Part shown: piece after piece, positions 19,353-31,324 of the stretch
Position numbering within the stretch: position 1 is the first letter of the stretch
Layout of the letters: the number at the start of each line of letters is the position of its first letter
Source of the DNA: a bacterium
Lineage (GTDB): Bacteria > Zhuqueibacterota > Zhuqueibacteria > Oceanimicrobiales > Oceanimicrobiaceae
Length of the DNA: 33,986 nucleotides
Assembly: GCA_037446635.1 (NCBI GenBank)
Contig: JBBIIG010000041.1
Span: 1 to 33,986, forward strand
Direction: 5' to 3'
Notes under the pieces: generated by a model
What the model was told of the DNA's origin: nothing
What the model saw: only the letters and a program-made list of their open reading frames with translations
Database searches by the model: none
Translations under genes and position numbers: made by a program

Positions 19353-20357
19353 ATGACAAAATCTGCTCTCATACTTTTGATGGCAAGTTTGTTCGCGGCC
19401 CTCGGCTGCTCCGACAAGTCCGGCCCGAAAGAGATCGCTGAGACAGCGCCAGTTTCTAACCACCTGTCCTTGCTGCCCGAGACCAGCCATCTACTGGTCT
19501 ATGCCAACGTCCAGGCGCTGCAGCAAACGCCGTTTGGCCAGAGCCTGGCCGAGCGCTTCGATCGCCAAGCTCGTCACGACAAAAACGACGAGGAGTACCG
19601 CAGATTCAAAGAATACACCGGGTTCGTTTTCGAGCGCGACGTGCAAGAGATTTGGATCAGCGGCGTTAGTCAGGCCGAGTCCAACAAGAGCAACGGCGGG
19701 GCAATCGTGCGCGGACAATTCGACGCGCAAAAGATCATCGACTACGCAAAAAAAGAACGACGCTCCCCCTTGTTGGAAGAAGATTTTGATGGCCACACGA
19801 TTTACCGTTCTGAAAATAATCGCGACGATTTGGCCTTTTGCTTTCTTAGCTCTGAGACGGTGGCGCTGGGAGACGAGACGTGGCTGAAAAACGTCATCCG
19901 ACAAAGAAAAAGCGGCAAAGGCGTGATGGACAACTCAACTATGTTGCGCCTCATCGAAGGCGTTCCGCAAAAACAATATTTTTGGGGGATTGTTGATATG
20001 GACGATGGCCGTTGGACTGAGGGTCTGCGCAAGCACGGCGAGCCCTTCAAAGGGGCGGAATCGCTGGAGAAAATGAAATCGTTGATCTTTTATGCGGACG
20101 TGGCCGAAAAAGCCGAGCTGGTGATGAAAGGCGATTTCGCCAGCGCGGAAGAAGCGGAGTTGTTTGCCGATATGCTCAACGGCTTCAAGGCCATGGCGAA
20201 GATGATGGTTTCCGATGACAAAGAAGCCATCGACATGCTGAACGGAATCCGCATCAAAACCGATGGCGCCGGCCTGCAACTGACAATGAACATCGACAAA
20301 GATTTTTTTGACAAATTAGAAGAGAAGCGGGGAAAATTCGATAAAATCGAGTTGTGA
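19353..20357 (+). CDS. Hypothetical lipoprotein in the ABC operon
   Basis: 334 aa, lipobox AALGC, GGAGG RBS. Confidence 0.8.
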   Translation: MTKSALILLMASLFAALGCSDKSGPKEIAETAPVSNHLSLLPETSHLLVYANVQALQQTPFGQSLAERFDRQARHDKNDEEYRRFKEYTGFVFERDVQEIWISGVSQAESNKSNGGAIVRGQFDAQKIIDYAKKERRSPLLEEDFDGHTIYRSENNRDDLAFCFLSSETVALGDETWLKNVIRQRKSGKGVMDNSTMLRLIEGVPQKQYFWGIVDMDDGRWTEGLRKHGEPFKGAESLEKMKSLIFYADVAEKAELVMKGDFASAEEAELFADMLNGFKAMAKMMVSDDKEAIDMLNGIRIKTDGAGLQLTMNIDKDFFDKLEEKRGKFDKIEL

Positions 20358-20361
20358 CTTT

Positions 20362-20463
20362 ATGCGCCATCGCATCACGAAACCCGTGCTCATCGTTGGC
20401 GTGGCTTTGATCGTCGGAGCGTTTTTGTGGCAGATTTCGCTGGGTATTTGTCCCGTGCCGTGA
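20362..20463 (+). CDS. Small single-TM peptide, 33 aa: MRHRITKPVLIVGVALIVGAFLWQISLGICPVP
   Basis: Below the ORF-track cutoff. ATG lies 4 nt after the lipoprotein stop. Basic N-terminus, hydrophobic helix and CPVP end; fills the gap before convergent gpmA. Confidence 0.6.
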   Translation: MRHRITKPVLIVGVALIVGAFLWQISLGICPVP

Positions 20464-20468
20464 ATGAC

Positions 20469-21218
20469 TTAGGCTTTCGCCTTTCCCTGTCTGGCGACGG
20501 ATTCCATCGCTTTTTTGACCTCTTCCGGATCGCCGAGATAGTAGTGCTGCAGCGGCTTCAGTCGCTCATCGAGTTCATAAATCAGCGGCATGCCGGTGGG
20601 GATGTTCAAACGCACGATTTCGTCGTCGGAGATGTGATCGAGATATTTCACCAGCGCGCGCAGACTGTTGCCGTGGGCGGCGATGAGCACGCGCTTTCCC
20701 GATTGGATGGTGGGCGCGATGGTTTCGTGCCAGTACGGCAAAAAGCGCGCGACCGTGTCTTTCAGGCATTCGGTGAGAGGCAGCTCGGTTGGGCTTAGAT
20801 CGCGATAACGGGGATCATGGCCGGGATAGCGCTCGTCAGATTTTTCCAAAGCCGGCGGACGGATGTCGTAGCTGCGTCGCCAAATCAGCACCTGATCCTC
20901 GCCAAATTTGGCCGCGGTTTCAGCTTTGTTGAGGCCTTGCAGCGCGCCGTAGTGCCGTTCGTTCAGCCGCCAGGAACGATGCACGGGAATCCACATCAAA
21001 TCCATTTCATCCAAAACAATCCACAGAGTGCGAATGGCGCGCTTTAAAACCGAGGTGTAAGCGATATCAAAAACAAAGCCTTCCTTTTTTAAGAGCTGAC
21101 CGGCCTGTTTGGCCTCTGCGAACCCTTTCTCCGTCAAGTCCACGTCGGTCCAACCGGTGAAACGATTTTCTTTGTTCCAGAGGCTTTCGCCGTGTCTGAG
21201 CAATACAAGTCTGTGCAT
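20469..21218 (-). CDS. gpmA: 2,3-bisphosphoglycerate-dependent phosphoglycerate mutase
   Basis: '[23 protein letters not shown]', '[11 protein letters not shown]' and 'AHGNSLRAL'. True start is ATG 21218 behind AAAGGAG (249 aa). Confidence 0.96.
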   Translation of the reverse strand: MHRLVLLRHGESLWNKENRFTGWTDVDLTEKGFAEAKQAGQLLKKEGFVFDIAYTSVLKRAIRTLWIVLDEMDLMWIPVHRSWRLNERHYGALQGLNKAETAAKFGEDQVLIWRRSYDIRPPALEKSDERYPGHDPRYRDLSPTELPLTECLKDTVARFLPYWHETIAPTIQSGKRVLIAAHGNSLRALVKYLDHISDDEIVRLNIPTGMPLIYELDERLKPLQHYYLGDPEEVKKAMESVARQGKAKA

Positions 21219-21262
21219 TCTCAAAGTCTCCTTTTTAATGGGCGAGATGAATTCAGCAAGAC

Positions 21263-21340
21263 GCAGTTGGCAGTATGCAATTAGCAATTGCCAATTATCG
21301 ACCGTCGATCCTGCTAACTGCCTACTGCTTACTGCCAACT
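21263..21340. repeat. Inverted heptamer arrays around a central palindrome
   Basis: GCAGTTG-GCAGTAT-GCAATTA-GCAATTG ... ATCGACCGTCGAT ... CTGCTAA-CTGCCTA-CTGCTTA-CTGCCAA. Confidence 0.75.
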
Positions 21341-21833
21341 ATCCCTGCACCCCTCTTCGCGCCAAAATGCGATCCATGCGGTGCAGGGCCGGGCCGTGTT
21401 CGCCCACCATTTTGAGCTGCTCCAAAATTGAGCTGGCGCTTTTTTCTTCCTCCACCTGCTCTTTGATGAACCAGTGCAGCTCCACTTGCGTGGGATAGTC
21501 GTTTTCTTTCACCGCCAGATCGTAAAGTTTGTTGATGAGACCGGTCACTTTCTGTTCGTGTTCGAGAACCTTTTTGAAAATTTCTGCCGGGGCGCCGAAC
21601 TCGGCGGCGGGTTTATCGATGGCGTTCAGAATAACGCGGCCGCCGCGGTCGATGACGAAATCGTAGAGCCGCAGGGCGTGTGCCATTTCTTCTTCAAATT
21701 GTTTGCGCAGCCAGTGGGCAAAACCGCTGAGATTTTTGGATTCGCAGTACGCGGCCATAGAAAGATACAAATAAGCCGAATCCATTTCATGTTTGATTTG
21801 TTCGTTCAGGGCGGTTTCGACTGTTTTATTCAT
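21339..21833 (-). CDS. ftnA: Non-heme ferritin
   Basis: '[19 protein letters not shown]', 'EEEMAHA' and '[10 protein letters not shown]' ferroxidase residues; AAGGAGG RBS. Confidence 0.93.
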   Translation of the reverse strand: MNKTVETALNEQIKHEMDSAYLYLSMAAYCESKNLSGFAHWLRKQFEEEMAHALRLYDFVIDRGGRVILNAIDKPAAEFGAPAEIFKKVLEHEQKVTGLINKLYDLAVKENDYPTQVELHWFIKEQVEEEKSASSILEQLKMVGEHGPALHRMDRILARRGVQG

Positions 21834-21859
21834 GAATCGCCTCCTTGTTTTTTATGTCA

Positions 21860-21888
21860 ATTATAGAAAAGATTCCGAAAAAAGTCAA
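21860..21888 (-). promoter_or_regulatory. sigma70 promoter of ferritin (and possibly gpmA)
   Basis: Minus strand TTGACT-17 nt-TATAAT. Confidence 0.75.
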
Positions 21889-21892
21889 ACAA

Positions 21893-21932
21893 CAAAAAGG
21901 CCTCATCCCGACGTATCGTCGATGAGGCCTCC
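21893..21932 (-). terminator. Intrinsic terminator on the minus strand
   Basis: AGGCCTCATC/GATGAGGCCT 10-bp stem followed by TTTTGTTGTTT on the minus strand. Confidence 0.7.
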
Positions 21933-21939
21933 CATCTTA

Positions 21940-22009
21940 TCGGCAAAGCCGATCCGCTTTTCCGCGGAAGCGCATCCGCCTCCGCGGACGCGGAAAAGAA
22001 CCCCGAAAA
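21940..22009 (+). repeat. 'GCCGATCCGCTT' element, copy B
   Basis: TCGGCAAAGCCGATCCGCTTTTCCGCGGAAGCGCATCCGCCTCCGCGGACGCGGAAAAGAACCCCGAAA. Confidence 0.8.
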
Positions 22010-22182
22010 GCTGGCGGCTAATTTTTGATTAGCGCTGGTTTCCGGAGGCTCCTATTAAGTTGGTACTAATAGGATCACCTCCTTTCAACAGGGCAACCGC
22101 TTGCCTGCCCGCCTGCTGCAGGCAGGCGGGGACGCCAAAAATTTCCCTGGTTAAATTTTCAGCGCAACGTGAATTTTGAGTG

Positions 22183-22211
22183 AATGTATTTTATTATGAC
22201 ATGAAAGTCAA
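22183..22211 (-). promoter_or_regulatory. sigma70-type promoter for the candidate small transcript
   Basis: Minus strand TTGACT-17 nt-TACATT. Confidence 0.55.
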
Positions 22212-22240
22212 TAAAAATATTTTGTTCATCCTTTTAGGGA

Positions 22241-23011
22241 TTATGAACTTCGTGAATAAAATTCCGGAAATAATGAACCCGACTGTTTGGCCGGTTGTAT
22301 CTCGTAGTCTGGCAACTCGTTCCACTCGCGACCTTCGAGTATTCGGCCCGTTTGCTTCTTTCTAACCCCACCCCATTGTTTGAAAAAGAAAGCAACGCCT
22401 TGCTTCAAGCATTCATTTCTAATAAGCTTCACCCATTCTTCATGCATCGGTCTTGCACCGGGGCCGGATTCACCCCCGACAATAACCCAATCAATCCCCG
22501 TAAGATCAAGTTCGCTGATTGGCGCGATGAGCGGTTCGATCGAAAGAAAACGAATCGCAGCAGGAACAGTTCGCAGAGCATCAATTCTAAATGTGTAATT
22601 TTGGTTTTCCACACTTACGCCTATCCAGATATTCTTAGTCCAGGTCAGGTTAAAACTAAGTTCTTTGAGTCTGTTTGATCGCTTGGTAAGAATTTGGAAT
22701 TGGTGTTGTGGACAATCATTCATCACTTTAAACACTTTCTTGATATAATGAGAGGGTATCTTTTCATGAAATAAATCGCTCATTGAGTTGACAAAAACAA
22801 GCCGGGGATGCTTCCAGTGATAAGGTTCGCTTAGGGCCTGTGGTTGTAAGGTAACTTTGAAACCATTCCGATACCGTTGTTGTCCCATTGCACGTAGGCG
22901 CTTCGCCATTCGCTCTGCATAACAGTTTTTGCAGCCGGGACTAACTTTTGTACAGCCCGTTATAGGATTCCAGGTTGCTTCTGTCCATTCAATAGTTGTG
23001 ATTGCAGACAT
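22241..23011 (-). CDS. DUF5131 / phage Gp37-Gp68 family protein (three-Cys motif, radical-SAM-like)
   Basis: 'IEWTEATWNPITGCTKVSPGCKNCYA', 'FVNSMSDLFH', 'WVIVGGESGPGARPM' and 'FFFKQWGG'; visibly AT-richer than the flanks. Confidence 0.92.
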   Translation of the reverse strand: MSAITTIEWTEATWNPITGCTKVSPGCKNCYAERMAKRLRAMGQQRYRNGFKVTLQPQALSEPYHWKHPRLVFVNSMSDLFHEKIPSHYIKKVFKVMNDCPQHQFQILTKRSNRLKELSFNLTWTKNIWIGVSVENQNYTFRIDALRTVPAAIRFLSIEPLIAPISELDLTGIDWVIVGGESGPGARPMHEEWVKLIRNECLKQGVAFFFKQWGGVRKKQTGRILEGREWNELPDYEIQPAKQSGSLFPEFYSRSS

Positions 23012-23176
23012 AACCCATCCTTTCAGAATATCCTGCGCAATCTTAATTGCGGTTGCCGCACCTTTTTTGTTACCCGAGGCAAAACAAAGGAGATAGAGTG
23101 GATTGTTTTTTGAGTTACGAAGGGGATATGGAGTTTCGGCCACAGCATTAGCATCGAAGATGGTGTGATAAATCAT
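23012..23176 (-). pseudogene. C-terminal remnant of a TcmP (three-Cys-motif partner) gene, in frame with DUF5131
   Basis: 'VAETPYPLRNSKNNPLYLLCFASGNKKGAATAIKIAQDIL' resembles TcmP C-termini (recalled, not searched). There is no room upstream for the rest of the gene. Confidence 0.6.
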
Positions 23177-23305
23177 GTAAGTTGCACATAATTAAATTGT
23201 TTTTACTTTAAAAGCAATGAAAACAAATTTTCGAGAAAGACAACGCTTCTTGAACATTTTAGACAAAGGTCTTATTTTGCCAAAGTATTTTCAAAAGCGC
23301 ACTGA

Positions 23306-25561
23306 GTGATGAATTCCAAAGACCCTTTGCCCTGGCATATTTGGATCGACACCGGCGGCACCTTCACCGATTGCCTCGCCCGCGATCCCAACGGCCAACT
23401 CCATCGCGCTAAAGTGTTGAGCAGCAGCGCCCTGCGTGGACGAGTTGTCCAGCGGATTTCCCATCGGCGGGTTCGTGTTGAAACCAAATGGAGCGCCCCC
23501 GCCGATTTTATTGCGGGATTTCGATTTCGCATTCTCGAAAGCAAGCATCCCCAAGTCGTCATCGAAAATTACGATCCCCACGCTTCGACCATCACGCTCG
23601 CCAAACCCATCCCTACCGGCATCCACCCGGGCGCGGCCTTTGAGGCGCTGTCGCCGGAGGAAGCCCCGATTCTCGCGACTCGTCTTGCAACGAAAACACT
23701 GCCGCAGCAGCCGCTGCCGCCCATTCTCATGCGGCTTGCCACCACCCGCGGCACCAACGCGCTGTTGGAACGAACAGGCGCGCCCGTGGCCTTGTTCATG
23801 ACCAAAGGTTTTGGGGATTTACTGCTCATCGGCAACCAGCAGCGCCCGGATATTTTTGCGTTGGAAATTAAAAAGCCCGCGCCGCTTTATGAAGCCGCGC
23901 TCGAAGTAGAAGAACGGCTCGCCAGCGACGGCGCAATTTTGCAGCCGATAAATTTGGAACCTTTGAAGACGGCGCTGGCTAATTTGCGCACGCAAGAGAT
24001 TGACGTCGCGGCGGTAGCACTGATGCACAGCTACCGCAATCCCGCCCACGAACAGGCGCTGGCAAAATTTTTAGGTGAGCACGGATTTCAACACGTTTCG
24101 CTTTCCTCTGAATTAGCGCCGCTAATCAAAATCGTGCCGCGCGCCGAAACGGCCGTCGTCGATGCCTACCTCACGCCGCTCATCAAAAATTATTTGACGC
24201 GCGTGCGTTCCGCGCTCACCAGCGGCCGACTGCACGTGATGACCAGCGCCGGCGGTTTGACTGCCGCGGAAAAGTTTTCTGCGAAAGATAGTTTGCTGAG
24301 CGGCCCCGCCGGCGGCGTGGTGGGCGCAGCACTGGCCGGCCGGCGTTCCGGCTTCGATAAAATCATCGCGTTCGACATGGGCGGCACCAGCACCGACGTC
24401 GCCCGTTTCGATGGCGATTACGAATACACATTTGAGCACCAGGTTGGCGACGCCCATCTCGTGGCGCCGGCGCTGGCCATTGAAAGCGTGGCCGCGGGCG
24501 GCGGTTCCATCTGCTGGTTTGATGGCTTTCGTTTGCGCGTCGGCCCGCAAAGCGCCGGGGCGGCGCCCGGGCCGGCCTGTTACGGCGCCGGTGGGCCGCT
24601 CACTCTCACCGATGTCAACCTGCTGCTGGGCCGCCTAGATCGCAATCGTTTTGAGATTCCCATTTCCGCTGAACCTGCCGCCGCGAAATTTCAGGAGGCG
24701 CAGCAAGCCGTTCGAGAGAAGACCGGCGAAAAAATTCAGAGCGAAACGCTGTTGCAAGGTTTTCTCGACATTGCCAACGAGCGCATGGCCGATGCCATCC
24801 GCCGGGTGTCGGTTCGTAAAGGTTATGATCCCCAAGAATACGCGCTGGTCGCGTTCGGCGGCGCCGGCGGCCAGCACGCCTGTGCTTTGGCTGAGCTGCT
24901 TGGAATTAAAACGATTGTCGTTCCCAAAGACGCCTCTTTGCTGAGCGCGCTGGGATTGGGCCACGCGGCGCTGGAACGGTTTGCAGAAAAACAAGTGCTG
25001 CGGCGGCTGGGCGAGTGTATTTCGGAACTCGAACGCTGGTTTGAGGAATTAAGTCGGCACGCGCAGCGGGCGCTGGTGGAAGAAGAACTCACGGAGGAAG
25101 ACATCGCCGTGCGCCGCCGCATCATTCATCTGCGTTTTGTGGGGCAGGACGCTTCTCTGGCGATTGAATTCGAAAATGTTGCTTCTCTCGAAAACAAGTT
25201 TGAAACGAAATATTTGGAACTGTACGGCCATTTGCCGTCGGCTGAGCCGATCCGCTTCGGCGGAGAGGCGCGCCCCATCGAAGTCGAGTCCGTGCGGGTG
25301 GTGTGTTCAACCAAGCCAGCCGAATTTTTCGAGGAAATTCCAATGGCAAAATCTCATCCAGCCGCAGCGGCGGAAAAAGTGAGGGCTTATTTTGGAGGAG
25401 AGTGGCAGGAGGTGGCGGCTTATGATCGCGAGCGGCTTCAAGCCGGTGCAACGTTTTCCGGTCCCGCGCTGGTGTTTGAGCCGCACACCGCGACGGCCAT
25501 CGCAGCCGGCTGGAAGGCCAAGGTGGACGCCGCCGGCGCGCTGGTGCTGGGCAGGGCGTAG
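23306..25561 (+). CDS. Hydantoinase/5-oxoprolinase family, A (ATP-binding) part
   Basis: 'IDTGGTFTD', 'TTRGTNALLER', 'SGPAGG', 'DMGGTSTDV', 'GPQSAGAAPGPACYG' and 'AFGGAGGQHA'. Confidence 0.92.
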   Translation: MMNSKDPLPWHIWIDTGGTFTDCLARDPNGQLHRAKVLSSSALRGRVVQRISHRRVRVETKWSAPADFIAGFRFRILESKHPQVVIENYDPHASTITLAKPIPTGIHPGAAFEALSPEEAPILATRLATKTLPQQPLPPILMRLATTRGTNALLERTGAPVALFMTKGFGDLLLIGNQQRPDIFALEIKKPAPLYEAALEVEERLASDGAILQPINLEPLKTALANLRTQEIDVAAVALMHSYRNPAHEQALAKFLGEHGFQHVSLSSELAPLIKIVPRAETAVVDAYLTPLIKNYLTRVRSALTSGRLHVMTSAGGLTAAEKFSAKDSLLSGPAGGVVGAALAGRRSGFDKIIAFDMGGTSTDVARFDGDYEYTFEHQVGDAHLVAPALAIESVAAGGGSICWFDGFRLRVGPQSAGAAPGPACYGAGGPLTLTDVNLLLGRLDRNRFEIPISAEPAAAKFQEAQQAVREKTGEKIQSETLLQGFLDIANERMADAIRRVSVRKGYDPQEYALVAFGGAGGQHACALAELLGIKTIVVPKDASLLSALGLGHAALERFAEKQVLRRLGECISELERWFEELSRHAQRALVEEELTEEDIAVRRRIIHLRFVGQDASLAIEFENVASLENKFETKYLELYGHLPSAEPIRFGGEARPIEVESVRVVCSTKPAEFFEEIPMAKSHPAAAAEKVRAYFGGEWQEVAAYDRERLQAGATFSGPALVFEPHTATAIAAGWKAKVDAAGALVLGRA

Positions 25562-25580
25562 CACAAAGCTCTGCTTTGTG
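25558..25580 (+). repeat. GTAG-led REP-like hairpin overlapping the hydantoinase stop codon
   Basis: GTAG-CACAAAGC-TCT-GCTTTGTG. Confidence 0.55.
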
Positions 25581-25637
25581 AGATTGACGTGTCTGAGCAG
25601 GTAAGAACGATCAAGCCCCGGCTGCAAGACTGCGGGT

Positions 25638-25897
25638 TCATATTTCCAAAAAATGCTTCAGCATCACCCGAAACATCCTGCCGTGATTTGGATATTTCAA
25701 ATGTAAAAGCTCGTGCAGAATAATCTCCTTCCGTGTCGTTTTGGACTGTTGCAAAATATCAAGTGCGAAGGTCAACCGCCCTTTGCTGGAACAACTGGCC
25801 CATTTGCGTTTCATCTTCCGTAGGTGAATTTCTTTGGGATGCACGCCAATCTCCTTGGCCCATCCCTGAACTTCGTGAATGAGCTCCTCACGAGTGA

Positions 25898-25901
<4 letters not shown>
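25638..25901 (-). CDS. Short M48/YgjP(DUF45)-like HExxH protein associated with Type I RM
   Basis: 'MKRKWASCSSKG' and 'HELLHLKYPNHG'; ATGA overlap with the hsdR stop. Confidence 0.85.
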
Positions 25902-28867
<2,966 letters not shown>

Positions 28868-28899
28868 GCTATCACCAACATAATTATCTTCATCAATCC

Positions 28900-28995
28900 G
28901 TCGGGGCGGGGAAACGCCGCCCCTACGGCCGTTTATGCACATCCATGTAGGGGCGCGGTAACCGCGCCCCTACGGTGGGCGGGATAACCCCGCCC

Positions 28996-28999
<4 letters not shown>
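28900..28999. repeat. REP cluster of three GTAG-type palindromes between RAYT and hsdR
   Basis: For example GTAGGGGCGCGGTAACCGCGCCCCTAC (28947-28973). The last REP supplies the RAYT TAG stop. Confidence 0.9.
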
Positions 29000-29646
<647 letters not shown>

Positions 29647-29687
29647 TGGGCAATCCGATCAATTATTTCCAAACATTTCTGGTGGTG

Positions 29688-29915
29688 GTAGGGGCAGGGT
29701 CACCCTGCCCCTACCGTGATTATGTAACAACACATCGTGGGGGCGGGGTGACCTCGCCCCTACCGGCCTCGTTTGCGGTACACACAACGTAGGGGCAGGG
29801 TCACCCTGCCCCTACCGTGATTATGTAACAACACATCGTGGGGGCGGGGTAACCCCGCCCCTACGGCCTCGTTTGCGGTACACACAACGTAGGGGCGAGG
29901 GCACCTCGCCCCTAC
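29688..29915. repeat. BIME-like array of five REPs with alternating spacers
   Basis: REPs at about 29688, 29737, 29789, 29838 and 29889. Spacers CGTGATTATGTAACAACACATC and GGCCTCGTTTGCGGTACACACAAC each occur twice (unit of about 101 bp). Confidence 0.92.
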
Positions 29916-29918
29916 GGG

Positions 29919-31223
29919 TTACAAATCCAAATCCTGGACGCGGCGGCGGCCGGTCATCAATTCGTTCAGCAGCGTCTTGAACAACGCCTCCAGAGCGCGT
30001 TTTTTGTTTTCTTCGACGGCGATTTTTTGGTCGATGGATGAAAGAATGTGAGCCATTGTCGCCTGATCCCTCAGAGTCGGTAAAGGTATTCGGAAGTCTT
30101 TCAGCTTTGTGGCGTTAATGTTTGATTGGCTGACACCGCGTGTAGCCAACATTTTAAGCCTACTTTGTGTTTTCTCCCAATTCAAATAATAGTTCAGAAA
30201 TTTTGCTTCTGTTTTGTTTAAGTTAGGTTCAACACGAATCAAGTATGATGCAAAAACAAAATCCTCACTCAAATCAAATATTGATGTTTTCCCAACTAAT
30301 TCGTAACTGTTTGTGCGATTAAAAAGTAAATCATTTTCTTTTAATTTGAATTTCTTGAGGTCATGTTCGTCCAAATCAACATACTGTAAATCAGAAACAT
30401 CCACTCGACCTTCAACAAGATTATTCATTCGTAAAATTGGATACCGTCCTTCGCGGTTTCCTCGCATTGAAATACCGTACTGAGTAGCAGCGATTATCTC
30501 TCCCAACCTCACCACCTCCCACCTCTCCGGCACCGGGCCAATCTCGGTTTTGCGTAGGGGCACGGCACGCCGTGCCCCTACCGGTACGGGGCCGTAGGTG
30601 AACAGATGCTTCATGAGCGATTTCTTCAGCGTCTTGGCCGCGGCGATCACCGCCGCGGTTTTCTCCCGCGCCTCCTGCACCGCGGACAGCACCGCCGCAA
30701 TTTTCTTTTGCTCGGCGAGCGGGGGCAGGGGGATTTGTAGATTTTTGATGATTTGCTGATTCAAATTGGGTTGTGCACCGCCAAACCTTTCTGACAAAAG
30801 CTTATCTCGAATTTTGATGAAGTAGTAAAAAAAGAATTCGGAATGAAATTTTCCGTTAGGAACGATTGCACAGATGGCTTGATTTATAGTAAATTTCCTT
30901 TTAGCTAATCCCACTTTTCCGGCCGTGGCACCATACATCGCGATCAACAGAGTGTCCTCACTTACGAACTTAGCCGATGAATTTTGTAATCCGATTTCAC
31001 TGATATACTCTTCAGTATGGTGGACTTTAGAATCATTTAGCTCGCCCGACTTTAGCCATCCAATATTTCCCTTCCAGTATTCAGACCTGTCTCTACTTGG
31101 TGTCCCACCGCTAAAAGTTTGGACAATGTCTCCAAGCCGAACTGTTTGCCAAATACTGTTGATGAATCTCGGTGTAGTTATTTTTTCATTTTTCATTAAA
31201 ACTTCATTCATTTTTTCGTCCAT
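29919..31223 (-). CDS. hsdS: Type I RM specificity subunit S
   Basis: Two TRDs ('SGGTPSR...WLKSGEL'; 'QYGIS...ILRMNNL...FNRTNS') with conserved 'PLPPLAEQKKIA' and 'KKSLMKHLFT' helices. Likely start is ATG 31223; the ORF is open from 31271. Confidence 0.93.
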   Translation of the reverse strand: MDEKMNEVLMKNEKITTPRFINSIWQTVRLGDIVQTFSGGTPSRDRSEYWKGNIGWLKSGELNDSKVHHTEEYISEIGLQNSSAKFVSEDTLLIAMYGATAGKVGLAKRKFTINQAICAIVPNGKFHSEFFFYYFIKIRDKLLSERFGGAQPNLNQQIIKNLQIPLPPLAEQKKIAAVLSAVQEAREKTAAVIAAAKTLKKSLMKHLFTYGPVPVGARRAVPLRKTEIGPVPERWEVVRLGEIIAATQYGISMRGNREGRYPILRMNNLVEGRVDVSDLQYVDLDEHDLKKFKLKENDLLFNRTNSYELVGKTSIFDLSEDFVFASYLIRVEPNLNKTEAKFLNYYLNWEKTQSRLKMLATRGVSQSNINATKLKDFRIPLPTLRDQATMAHILSSIDQKIAVEENKKRALEALFKTLLNELMTGRRRVQDLDL

Positions 31224-31324
31224 TACGTCACCAAAAAAGTCCGTCGGACGTCCCAACAATAGAAACTTCAATCTACTTCAAATCTAAATCTAACCTTCTG
31301 AATAATTCTTTACGGATTCCCACC

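Larger units (their letters stand above)
21893..22176 (-). ncRNA. Candidate small transcript (sRNA or micro-ORF mRNA) with a sequestered perfect Shine-Dalgarno
   Basis: Promoter at 22183-22211 and terminator at 21893-21932. AAAGGAGGTGATCC lies in a hairpin, and no ATG-initiated ORF follows it. Confidence 0.45.

Noticed and set aside
20461..20472. Selenocysteine read-through of the CPVP-TGA peptide
   Set aside because: There is no CxxU spacing, an in-frame TAG follows after two more codons, and no convincing SECIS was seen.
21219..21338. 40-aa N-terminal extension of GpmA
   Set aside because: It is translated heptamer repeat. A strong RBS precedes ATG 21218, where family homology begins.
22072..22086. 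16S rRNA 3'-end fragment (GGATCACCTCCTTTC)
   Set aside because: No other 16S sequence, such as the helix 45 region, precedes it. It is better read as a Shine-Dalgarno on the minus strand.
28868..28942. N-terminal extension of HsdR (MCINGRRGGVSPP...)
   Set aside because: It is read-through of an intergenic REP. ATG 28867 has its own GGTGA RBS.
29688..29915. CRISPR-like repeat-spacer array
   Set aside because: The spacers repeat (A,B,A,B), the repeats vary with covarying stems and carry GTAG ends, there are no cas genes, and a RAYT is adjacent. This is a REP/BIME array.
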